Under the pieces are notes generated by a model. The model was not told where the DNA came from. It saw only the letters and a program-made list of their open reading frames with translations, and ran no database searches. This document shows positions 1 to 9,635 of a DNA stretch of 37,237 nucleotides, one piece after another. This stretch comes from Eledone cirrhosa. Taxonomy: Eukaryota. Numbering within the stretch: position 1 is the first letter of the stretch; the number at the start of each line of letters is the position of its first letter. Position numbers and translations under genes: made by a program. Location of the stretch: contig CAXHJY010001322.1 of the NCBI GenBank assembly GCA_964016885.1, positions 1 to 37,237 on the forward strand. The letters run 5' to 3'.

Positions 1-323
1 TTATGGTGTTCGGTCCAGCTCTCTGCGCTCGAAGTTCAAATCCCGTCGAGGTCAAATTTGCCTTTCATTCTTTCGAGGTCGATAAAAAAAAGTATCAGTC
101 TAGTCCTGGGGTCGATTCTTCCTCTTTCTGGAAGAAATCTGCAAATGTTTAGCTATAGTCCTTTACATTCTGAGTTTAAATTCCGCCAAGGTCAACTTTG
201 CTTTTCATCCTCTCTAGGTCAATAAAAAAAGTACCAGTCTAGTTTTGGGATCGATTCTTCCTCTCTCTCTCACATACACACACACGCGCACACTTTCTAT
301 CTTTCTCTCTGGAAGAAATCTGC
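1..323 (+). mobile_element. Tandem pair of degenerate tRNA-derived SINE copies, second one interrupted by a CT/CA microsatellite
   Basis: B-box-like GTTCAAATCC followed by the core 'gaggtcaa.tttgcctttcat...gtcgataaaa..agtaccagt'. Both units end in ggaagaaatctgc (130-142, 311-323). Confidence 0.8.
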
Positions 324-537
324 TGTACTCAGGCCTGGAGAGGAATGGGCTCCACCAGGCTTTTTTTTTAATGCCAGGGAACGCCGTACGGGAACATAAC
401 ACACCATATATTCCATATCCAATTAATCAATATAAAAGATATGTTTCCATAATTCTTTTCTGGTAATAATATTCCTAGGGACCGAGCCAACCTCACGTCC
501 ATGTGGTGGTCCCTGCGAGTGCAAACTCGGCTCTCTG

Positions 538-601
538 TAGAGTAAATAAAGAAAAGATTTGGAAATTTGTTATTTCGCTGATATCATTTAACTGTCAGAT
601 A
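538..601 (+). repeat. 64-bp exact dispersed direct repeat, copy 1 (copy 2 at 2780-2843)
   Basis: tagagtaaataaagaaaagatttggaaatttgttatttcgctgatatcatttaactgtcagata is identical at both sites. Confidence 0.9.
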
Positions 602-760
602 TATAGTATATATGTTGATAAACGATAATAATATACATACATACATACGCATACACACACACATACACAGATACATACACGTGTGCGTGTGTGCATAGAC
701 ACATACATGTCATGATTGCTCATTACATATTTGGCGACCATCAAGACATGATGAGGCATG

Positions 761-842
761 AGAAGAAGAAGAAGAAGAAGAAGAAGAAGAAAGAAGAAGA
801 AGAAGAAGAAGAAGAAGAAGAAGAAGAAGAAGAAGAAGAAGA
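761..842. repeat. (GAA)n trinucleotide microsatellite
   Basis: About 27 GAA units with one extra A. Confidence 0.98.
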
Positions 843-1096
843 TTCCTTATTTGTTTCGTATTTAAAGAAATTATTTCTATTAAACAATATTTCATGATTT
901 TATACAGCTCATTTCTTACACTCACAACATAAGTTTGATTACCATTTAGAGCCCTTTCACTAAAGTAGTGTTTTGATTTCGTTTTTTTTTTTTTTTGTTG
1001 AAAACCTGTGAGCATCACGCTTTATTAATGTAAGTTTAGCTGTAATCAAAAGGCTTTGATGAAGACGAATTTATAGGATATTACATGTCTTAGTTA

Positions 1097-1100
<4 letters not shown>

Positions 1101-1180
<80 letters not shown>
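1101..1180. repeat. Compound (CT)n(AT)n microsatellite
   Basis: Direct reading. Confidence 0.98.
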
Positions 1181-1182
<2 letters not shown>

Positions 1183-1414
1183 CGTTTCTGAATTTAGGCA
1201 AATTACAGAGGCAGTAAGCATAAAAGAATTACAACCAAAATTAAATAGAAAATATGAGTGGAACAGCAACATCACAACTTACAATTAAGGACAAAATGAA
1301 AACACACACAGGACAAAATGAAAACACACACACACATAGAACAAACAACCAACCAACAATAAATAAATAAATAAATAAACAAATAGATAAATGAACACAA
1401 ACACACACAGACAC

Positions 1415-1472
1415 CCGGATGTGGCGCATGCGCAAACCGAGCACACAACACACACACAGAAACAAAATGGCG
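1415..1472 (+). promoter_or_regulatory. Cluster of ETS-like, NRF1 and YY1-like motifs inside the PLE pseudo-LTR
   Basis: CCGGATGT 1415-1422, palindromic GCGCATGCGC 1424-1433 and CAAAATGGCG 1463-1472, in a CpG-poor background. Confidence 0.45.
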
Positions 1473-1518
1473 TAGGATAGAAGAAAGGAAAGGCACCGAA
1501 ACAAAGAAAGGAATCCCC

Positions 1519-1563
1519 AGTCACTGAAGAGGTCACAGAGTGTGTGACGAAAGGACTATGACT
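1519..1563 (+). ncRNA. Type-I minimal hammerhead ribozyme fold
   Basis: Stem I agtca/tgact; core CTGAAGA 1524-1530; stem II (G)GTCACA/TGTGAC; GAAA 1549-1552; short stem III AGGACT, one change from palindromic AGTACT; cleavage triplet CUA. Confidence 0.7.
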
Positions 1564-1721
1564 ATATATAAACAACTATCTGGTTGTGGAACCAACCAAC
1601 CAACCAGAAATTTATAAGTTTGTAGATTTGTAAATTTATAAATTTATAAATATATAATAAATTGAAGTGAAAGCAACTGGTGCGTATGTTTCTTATTGGC
1701 AACATGACCCTCCCAAAGTAT

Positions 1722-1754
<33 letters not shown>

Positions 1755-1759
<5 letters not shown>

Positions 1760-1870
1760 TATACAAAAATGTCTGTCTCTATGTATGCAGTCGACGCATT
1801 TCCACAGTTTCCATCGGATTTTGTTCAAATTTTATACATAGGTTATTTAGCTCTCGGAACATGTCAACAT
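1755..1870 (+). mobile_element. Possible 5' end of a non-autonomous Helitron-like element
   Basis: 'tatactatacaaaaatgtctgtct...ccacagtttccatcggattt...aaattttatac' resembles Helitron-N 5' ends. Recognition only. Confidence 0.35.
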
Positions 1871-2200
1871 ATAGTTGAAATGTTGCTCACTCCTAAAATA
1901 GCATAGTTCTGGCCCTATTTAAAGACGGCCATGTTGAGAAGAGAGGGGCCTTTATTTACAGTGGCGAAAGATCTGCCCTGGACTGACGGGCTCTTTTGCT
2001 AGTCACCAATATAATAACCTACTTTCATTCATAACAATGCGGTGTACAATGGCTTTTGTGTGTAATTATCGTTACCTTTTATAAGTTGATACATCCTACG
2101 CTATATTTTCTATTTGCACACCAAAAAAATAATAAATACCAGAAACCTCACTTTTTTCTTTGTTTTCATTTTACCGTCCATTTCGCATTGCCTTAGGTTT

Positions 2201-2242
<42 letters not shown>

Positions 2243-2246
<4 letters not shown>

Positions 2247-2350
2247 TTCCTACATTGTAAAAAAAGTATACAATGATTCTTATCTTTATTGCTTCAGAGT
2301 GAATAAAAACAAATATATTGTTATATTGGGGAAGTGTCATGTTGTCCTAA
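2243..2350 (-). mobile_element. Inverted fragment of a PLE ORF start related to 1695-1733
   Basis: Minus strand reads caacATGACACTTCCCCAATATAACAATATATTT (MTLPQYNNIF...), versus caacATGACCCTCCCAAAGTATAACAATATATAT at 1704. It abuts (TA)n. Confidence 0.6.
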
Positions 2351-2361
2351 TATTGCAAAAA

Positions 2362-2447
2362 TATTGGGTAGTCAAGTATGAAATTTGTAGAAATTTGTTT
2401 GTTTTTTTCTACAAATTTCTATAAATGTCATACTTGACGACCCAATA
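2362..2447. mobile_element. Tiny Tc1/mariner-type MITE (almost TIR-only)
   Basis: 37-bp inverted arms 2362-2398 and 2411-2447 with 3 mismatches; ends TA-TTGGGT...ACCCAA-TA, consistent with a TA target duplication. Confidence 0.6.
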
Positions 2448-2480
2448 GTAAGATACACTCACTGTTTGGTTGGTTTTCTC

Positions 2481-2785
2481 GGCGCCCCAGCATGCTCCCA
2501 GCCTGTCGGCTGAAACACATGGTAGCGTATATTTACACATAAATGGCGGTGCCCCAGCATGGTCCGTTCAAACACGTCATAGAGCATATTTACACATAAA
2601 TGGCGGTGCCCCAGCATGGTCTCAGCCTATCGGCTGAAACACGTAATAGCCTATATTTACACATAAATGGCAGTGCCCCAGCATGGTCCCAGCCTATCGG
2701 CTGAAATCGTAATAGCATATATTTACACATAAATCGCGGTGCCCCAATATGGCCTCAGCTAGTCGGTTGCAACACGTAATAGAGT
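2481..2785 (+). repeat. Five-unit ~55-65 bp tandem array derived from a SINE 3' tail
   Basis: Unit ggcggtgccccagcatgg...cagcctatcggctgaaacacgtaatagc.tatatttacacataaat. The same motif occurs singly near 21263, 30103 and 31943. Confidence 0.9.
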
Positions 2786-2859
2786 AAATAAAGAAAAGAT
2801 TTGGAAATTTGTTATTTCGCTGATATCATTTAACTGTCAGATAAATAGTAAATTTATGA

Positions 2860-3175
2860 TGGCGTTTGGGCTCTGCTTTTTCCTTTTTAATGTAGTTCGG
2901 CTGCGGAGAAGAAGCCTTTTGGTTACGGCGAACCAGCTGGGTGCGTAGAAGACATGCTTTTTTGGTGCCAACTTTTCTAGGCTCTGCTCCGTGTGGAGCA
3001 GGGGAGTCTTATCCCTAAACATTGGTGCCTGGACGTTCAAGGACCGCCTGCATGTAGGTTTGGGACTGCGACTTCCAGTGACATCTTTCAGCTGCCGTTT
3101 CGCCCCTCCCTCTTCATTGTAGAGCTTTCAGGAAATTTGTCTAAGGGGCGCACTGAAAGGTTTGGCAGGATTTTC
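2860..3175 (-). mobile_element. GC-rich segment, probable degraded retroelement coding fragment
   Basis: Abrupt GC rise next to a microsatellite, with interrupted reading frames. No diagnostic motif recognised. Confidence 0.3.
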
Positions 3176-3178
3176 ATA

Positions 3179-3211
<33 letters not shown>

Positions 3212-3884
3212 GCTTACATTTTTTAATAAATGTTCCTGTGCATACATGCACTATATATGTGTGTGTGTATGTGTGTGTGTGCGTGCGTACGTGCGTGAGC
3301 ACACACATACATATACATGTGAGAGGGGGTTGCGTTTGTGTGTACGCGTGTGTGTGTGTGTATGACTGTGTTTGTGTGTCCGCTTTTGCTATTAAGAAGA
3401 ACATGTTTATGACAGCTTGTGTAAAGGGTAACTTATGAAACTGTCATCTCTAGTACGATGTTTACAATCTCATCTCTGATGTATGGTTTGCAGCTAATAA
3501 TTCTCCTTGTCTCCGTGGCAACGTTTAGGGATGGAAATATTTTCTTTGGATTATGATTACGCATTAATTTATTTATTTATTGATACAATCTAGCTTTCTT
3601 TCTACACCTCATTGTTGCTAATTTTACATCTGATTGAATGGTAAATTTAACCAAATTTTACAAATGAATTATCGTCTACTGATAAAAGAATATATTGGTA
3701 TTGATTTGTTCAATGATGATGAAGTTATACAGTGCTTTATATGATATCGAAAGTATAGCTGTAGAAACCGTATTTTACTGATCAAATGATTTAAGAAGTT
3801 CTCAACCAAACTATCCTTAAATATATTTCGCTCACCAGGTCAGATATCGGTTATGACCGAAAGAATACGATTTGAACTCAGAAA

Positions 3885-4015
3885 GCCCTTTACTTTCTGA
3901 GTTAAAATCCCACCGATGTTAACTTTGCCTTTCAAGCTTGCGGGGTCGATAAAATAAAGCACCAGTAATGCACTGGGGTAATTGCTGGCCTTGTGCCAAA
4001 AGTAGAAACAGTTAT
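3885..4015 (+). mobile_element. tRNA-derived SINE, short-tail variant
   Basis: ctgagttaaaatcccacc...gtcgataaaataaagcaccagtaatgcactggggtaattgctggccttgtgccaaaagtagaaac. Confidence 0.85.
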
Positions 4016-4384
4016 TTTTATTTGTTAGTCATATTCTGGTGATGCCTTATAAATATACATATTGTCCCAATACTAAAGCAATTCGCCATGTTTAAACGTC
4101 AAAATAAAGTTAATGTTACATCTACATACTAAAATAGTATGCTTTAATAACTTGGTAAGAAGAGGTAAGGTAACTACCATGATCCATTTTAGGGTCTCAG
4201 AGACCAGTTTGATGGAAGCAAGAAATCATCCCTAGACTGAAGAGCTTGTATAAATATTTGCAAGAGCGTGTAAACAAAGGACATGGAGTGATGTTAAAAC
4301 GAGCAACGAATTATATCTATCATCAAAGAACAGAAACGGTCTCTAGGATTGGTTACTACGATGTTTCTATCAACCAAATTACGC

Positions 4385-4440
4385 ATATATATATATATGT
4401 GTGTGTGAGAGAGAAAGAAAGAGAGAGAGAAAGAGAGAGA

Positions 4441-4472
<32 letters not shown>

Positions 4473-4863
4473 TTGTCTCTGTGTGTGTTTGTCTGTGTGT
4501 GTGTGCGTTTGTGTGTGTGTGTTTGTGAAGGCTAGGGGTGCTTCTTTTCTGGTGAACAGCCAATTAGCTGCAAAACACATAAGCACAGGTATGACAGTGT
4601 TATTAATATTTATGAAAGAACACACCACATACACACACGCGCGCGCGCGCGGACAGACGGGCGGAGAGGCTTGTGGTATGCTTCTTGTCGCCGTGTCGGA
4701 AGGAGTGGGTGTGTCGCATAAAACAACAACAATCAGCTTCATGCTGGCCATAGGCAAGTCCCTGGCAGGACTAAAAAGCCACGTCCGTGATTCTCATGCT
4801 TAATTATCAAGCGTTAGCATTACTCGAAATCGAGTTGCAGCCATTACGTACGTATGTATGTAC

Positions 4864-4894
<31 letters not shown>

Positions 4895-5120
4895 CGTAGG
4901 TACGTACGTATGTAGGTATATATGTATGTATTTACGTATGTATGTATATACGTACGTAGGTACGTACGTATGTATGTATGTGTGAACGTATGTATGTACG
5001 CACAGGGAAAGAAAGAGAGAGAGAGACACACAAACGCACAAACACACAAACAAACAAACAAACAAACAAAAAAAACACACACACACAAACAAACAAACAC
5101 ACCCACAAACAAACAAACAA
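4385..5120. repeat. Mixed TA/GA/GT/(CG)/(TATG)/(CAAA) microsatellite cluster around a CpG-rich core
   Basis: Direct reading; alternating (CG)n at about 4638-4651. Confidence 0.9.
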
Positions 5121-5415
5121 CTGAATGAAAGCGAGTCGTAGAAAAGTAAAAATAGGAAAAACATAAGAGGCAAAAGTGTGACACAAGAGGAAATAAATTA
5201 TATTCATGATTAGTGATAAATAATTAATGCCTCATTCTACAACATGCTAAAGCTGGCAATAAACCATTATTGTTTGCCATTCTGTACTTAGGACACGCAA
5301 CACATCACTTTTCATCAAACTCATCTTGTCTTCTCTATTTCTCTCATTTCTTCTCTCTTTCTCAGTCACCCGCCTATACCTTTTCTAGGTCACTGTATCT
5401 CTTTGTGTATGTGTA

Positions 5416-5446
<31 letters not shown>

Positions 5447-5447
5447 G

Positions 5448-5592
5448 TAGGAAAAAGTATGACCCTGACGGCAGAACTCTGCCGTCGGGGGGTCATACTT
5501 TTTCCTATTACCCACTCTACTACCCTAAGTATTGAGTACTCTGGTGCGTTATGGTCCATCTGGTTCCTTACCACAATTCCTTCGTTATATAT
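5448..5592 (+). mobile_element. PLE-like terminal fragment with 60-nt fold-back hairpin (family shared with 27082-27212)
   Basis: Hairpin 5448-5507. The downstream 'ccctaagta..gagtact.tggtgcgttatggtccatctggttccttaccaca.ttccttcgttatata' is nearly identical to about 27145-27212. TA tracts flank it. Confidence 0.65.
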
Positions 5593-5683
5593 ATAAGCAA
5601 AGAGTTATTTAATTTGTTGGTTATTCAACAAATTTATTTATAACAAATTCGAAGCACTCTACAAGTTTTTTTTCTGGAGTATA

Positions 5684-5937
5684 ATATCAATAATATTAAT
5701 AAATGGAAACTATCTTTATAAAACCATATTTATTTTATTATATATATTTCATATATATTTATAAATAGTGATATATCCAAAAACAAGAATTTGTTCTTGT
5801 TTTTGGATATGCCACTATTTATAAAACAACTTTTGTATTTTATCTGATGAGTGCGTACCAAAATGTTGGTACCCTTGAAATATGTATAATAAAATAAATA
5901 TGGTTTTATAAAGATAGTTTCCATTTATTAATATTAT

Positions 5938-5943
<6 letters not shown>
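5684..5943. repeat. 68-bp inverted repeat (5684-5751 / 5876-5943) enclosing a second hairpin and a hammerhead
   Basis: Arms differ at one base; the inner hairpin spans about 5759-5825. Confidence 0.9.
5836..5896 (+). ncRNA. Type-I hammerhead ribozyme fold with a degenerate stem II base
   Basis: Stem I tattttat/ataaaata (8 bp); CTGATGA 5844-5850; GTACCAA/TTGGTAC stem II; GAAA 5877-5880; near-palindromic stem III ATATGTAT; AUA cleavage triplet. Confidence 0.7.
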
Positions 5944-6030
<87 letters not shown>

Positions 6031-6249
6031 ATTATATGTATATTATATATATATATTATATATATATATACATATATATAAATATATATATATATACACA
6101 TATATATACATATATATAAATATATATAAAAATATATATATACATATATATAAATAAATATATATATATACACATATATATACATATATATACATATATA
6201 TAAATATATATATATATACACATATATATAAATATATATATATATACAC

Positions 6250-6282
<33 letters not shown>

Positions 6283-6355
6283 CATATATAAATATATATA
6301 TATACACATATATATACATATATATAAATATATATATATATACACATATATATAC

Positions 6356-6425
<70 letters not shown>
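5941..6425. repeat. Long (TA)n-rich microsatellite
   Basis: Direct reading. Confidence 0.98.
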
Positions 6426-6431
<6 letters not shown>

Positions 6432-6447
6432 TAAAATAACAGATTAA

Positions 6448-6498
6448 AGTTTAAGCAAAGAATCGCTGCTTTCACCCTTAACGGGATCTTCTGAAACT
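6448..6498 (-). ncRNA. Degenerate type-I hammerhead fold
   Basis: Minus strand: agttt CAGAAGA tcccgttaagggt GAAA gca-gcgattctt-tgc TT aaact. Stems I, II and III all pair, but the core has U4A. Confidence 0.5.
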
Positions 6499-6587
6499 AA
6501 CAAAGTCAATCTGTAAACGCAGAACTGGATATTTCAAAAAACGTTGCAACCGGAGGAAGACAGGAAGACGATACTTTGGTTCATGGT

Positions 6588-6839
6588 GACGTTCGCTGGC
6601 AAAGAACGGGGAAAAAAACGAATAATACGTCATTAATAGGAGCGGTGAAAAACAATTACGTGCAAGGACAGAACCACGTTTATGGTATAAAAGAGGTCGT
6701 AGACTAATGTTCTCTAAGTGGTGCATAGAGACGTTCTCTGGCAATGAACGAAAAAACGAAGATAATAAGTCAAATGTGGAGCGTGGAGAACAATAGCGTG
6801 CAAAGACAAAACCACGTAAATGGTATAGCAGAAGTCGTA
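6588..6839. repeat. Diverged tandem duplication, period about 142 bp
   Basis: gacgttc.ctggcaa.gaacg...cgtgcaa.gaca.aaccacgt..atggtata..aga.gtcgta at 6588-6701 and 6730-6839. Confidence 0.85.
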
Positions 6840-6845
6840 TAAATA

Positions 6846-6879
<34 letters not shown>

Positions 6880-6924
6880 CACACACACATATATATAGAG
6901 AGAGAGAGATACATATATATATAT

Positions 6925-7212
6925 ATAATATATAAGATCAAAAGATGGTTAAAAGAGTTCCATGTATTTTATTATGCGCATTTCAAAAACAAATATCATC
7001 ATGCAATAACATTTGTGTTTTCATCAGATAAAATAGGAAGACATGATATGAAGGTTAAAAAACACTTGTGAATAGTGCAGTTTTAAATCAACATATATCT
7101 TTTAACCATCTTTTGATCTTATATATTATGTATACTCCAGTCCTACAAACTGTAGAGTGCTTCTTATCCGATATCTGCATTGCTTTATTGTACTACAATA
7201 AAACTTACCTCC

Positions 7213-7215
<3 letters not shown>
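6925..7215. mobile_element. PLE-like terminus with inverted partial duplication
   Basis: About 6925-6956 is the reverse complement of about 7098-7129. Contains the hammerhead. 'tatactccag...tgtagagtgcttc' is shared with the reverse complement of 5651-5681. TA tracts lie on both sides. Confidence 0.7.
6965..7035 (-). ncRNA. Type-I hammerhead ribozyme, intact core
   Basis: Minus strand: tattttat CTGATGA [16-bp stem II, 15 pairs including GU, loop gcat] GAAA tgcgca TA ataaaata. Stem III is the palindrome ATGCGCAT. Confidence 0.85.
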
Positions 7216-7277
<62 letters not shown>

Positions 7278-7539
7278 GTATGTATATATGTGCATGTGTG
7301 TGAGGGGGGCTCATGAGTAAAAGAAGACAAACACAGAGATACAATTACACAAAGTCTTATTAGTTTCACGCTTGCTGCAAAATGAAAAAGAATGTTTCAA
7401 TGTATCGGACGTTAGTTCTTCAACAGGAAAAAGGAAATGCGAAATGTAAGAGAAAAGGGAAACTGGATGGTTTTCTGGAGTCGTATATATAACATTGTCC
7501 GTGAAACCACTATCTTGGTTGAGTCTTTATCTCCAATAA

Positions 7540-7648
7540 CTGTTTCTACTTTTGGCACAAGGCCAGCAAATACCAAGTACATTACTGGTACTTTATTTTA
7601 TCGACCCTGTAAGGATGAAAAGCAAAGTTAACCTCAGCGGGATTTGAA
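7540..7648 (-). mobile_element. 5'-truncated SINE with 15-bp target-site duplication
   Basis: ctttatctccaataa at 7525-7539 and 7649-7663 flanks the SINE core. Confidence 0.85.
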
Positions 7649-8249
7649 CTTTATCTCCAATAATGGCGTCGAAAACGACATTAGAACGCTTTATTTTCTC
7701 CAGATACTATTATCGAAAAACAGAATAGATTTTTCAGCGTGAGAAATATCAATACTGAGGCTGTAATCAGCAACAAATTCTTAACGAAGTTTATAGCATC
7801 ATTTAAAGGGGTTTCTGTAAAAGGAAAAGAAAAATAGTCTCAGATGTCAAACTGAGAAGAAAAAAAACATCAATAATTTTTGTTTAAAAAGATTAAAGCC
7901 AAGTAATTACAGATTTAGTGTTTCCCAAATGGGCAAAATTCAGATTTGCTTAAATTTGTAAATTATCATCTCCGAAATATGCTTGTAAATAATACTGATA
8001 ACTGTTTGGCGCCATGTTATTCGCGAAATTAGGTATTTTTTCTTTAAAATGAAATGTGTTTTGTTTTGTCTTTTAATCCAGAAAACCTTTTCAATCTTCC
8101 ATGTTCACATCACTGGCGATGTTTTTGTCTCTCGTCTACGTTGATATGAAGCGTTCTTTGTTTGTAATCGCATTAGTAAAGTATTTGTGTTCAACAATTT
8201 CATATAGATATTTAATTTTATCTGAAGGAGTAAAGACATCTTTGTTATA

Positions 8250-8662
8250 ACAATTGTTTCTACTTTTGGCACAAAGCCAGCAATTATCCCAGTGTATTAC
8301 TGGTGCTTTATTTTATCGACCCCGTAAGGCTGAAAAGCAAAGTTAACCTCGGTGGGATTTGAACTGAGACCGTAAAGGGCCGTAACTATGCTGAAAAGCA
8401 TGGCGTCTGATCCATACTGCCAATCCACGGCTCTTCTCTGATCTAATAATGGTTTCTGATTTAGGCACAAGACCATCAGTTTTGGGAGGAGGGGAAAAGT
8501 CGATTACAGCGACTCCTGTGCGTTACTGGTACTTTATTTTATCGATCCCGTAAGGATGAAAGGTAAAAGCTAACCTTGGCGGGAGTTGAACTTAGTGCGT
8601 AAAGGGACGTAACTCTATGCCACAAAACATTGTGTCCGACGCTCTACCGATTCTTCCAATCA
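8250..8662 (-). mobile_element. Two tandem SINE copies (short-tail about 8250-8432, long-tail about 8447-8662)
   Basis: Reverse complement of the SINE consensus, including A-box-like (tggcagtatgg) and B-box (gttcaaatcc) regions. Confidence 0.88.
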
Positions 8663-8999
8663 TAATAACGTCCCTCTGAAATTTGGTAGATTTTCTAACC
8701 GTAAGGTTTTTAATCATTTTAAATAGATTTTCGAAATGTTTAACAAATAGTCACGTGATGTTATTAATTCACAGCCCTTATTTGCATTCTACTCATTGGA
8801 TAATTTTAAAATGTTTTACTGCCTATCCGATTCGCTCATTCTCAATTTCGCAAACTAAATAATCGAATTTTCTAAACCGCCACATGTCTCTCTCTCTCAC
8901 TCTTACACGTTCTACAATAATCTCCCCTCATAGATACTCTGTCCTTTTATCTCGCTTTGTCTTTCTCTTTGACTATATATCTATCTATCTATTTCGATT

Positions 9000-9378
9000 C
9001 TTTTTTTCAAATACCACTTTGGAAGAAGAATCAGGATGGAGAGAGAGGTGCTGTACCCCAGCAAGTTTTATGAAAAGTGGGTGAAAGTGGCGAGAATGGC
9101 CCGAGTGAATGGGCCTTCTCTCTATATCAGCCTGTAGGTTGAGGAAAAGGAGGAGGAGAGGAAAGGAGTACAAACTCTTCGTACTCCTGGAGATGAGGGT
9201 TGCACATTTTTTCGGGCGTATGTGTTACCCATATGAACTGTCTCCCCCTATTGGGGAAAATCGACTAATTTTTTAAATTGCATTTGTGATAATATTTTAC
9301 ACGTTTTTATTCTATGTAAACTTCCCCCTTTGTATTTGTCCCCTTCTTTTGTGCCCTTGTGGCTAATAAAGAAACATA
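9000..9378 (+). mobile_element. 3' end of an L1/Tx1-type LINE (ORF2 C-terminus plus 3' UTR)
   Basis: 9006-9137 translates FKYHFGRRIRMEREVLYPSKFYEKWVKVARMARVNGPSLYISL*. The UTR ends cccttgtggctaataaagaaa plus a microsatellite tail; the same tail is inverted at about 27285-27617. Confidence 0.7.
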
Positions 9379-9427
9379 TCTATCTATCTATCTCTTTCTC
9401 TGTTTCTTACAAACATACCCCCTCCCC

Positions 9428-9472
<45 letters not shown>

Positions 9473-9483
<11 letters not shown>

Positions 9484-9589
9484 TATAAAATTATTTTGGA
9501 TCCCCAGAAAGAGTACAGAAATAAAATTGATAATATACTACTTATAAAGAAAATAATGACTTAGCGTTTAGTGGGCGGGAAAGTTGAGG

Positions 9590-9635
<46 letters not shown>

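Larger units (their letters stand above)
1181..1733 (+). mobile_element. Penelope-like element 3' end / pseudo-LTR, 5'-truncated, between two (TA)n tracts
   Basis: 1181-1288 translates FVSEFRQITEAVSIKELQPKLNRKYEWNSNITTYN*, matching the R.I.EA..I....P.LN...E C-terminal motif of PLE GIY-YIG endonucleases. A hammerhead fold follows at 1519-1563, then an ATG at 1704 (MTLPKYNNIY). Confidence 0.8.

Noticed and set aside
691-897. Poly-K/poly-E ORF
   Set aside because: Product of the (GAA)n tract.
2481-2785. CRISPR-like array
   Set aside because: Spacers are homologous to each other, the context is eukaryotic and there are no cas genes.
3509-3522. RFX X-box-like motif GTCTCCGTGGCAAC
   Set aside because: Single imperfect motif with no supporting promoter or gene context.
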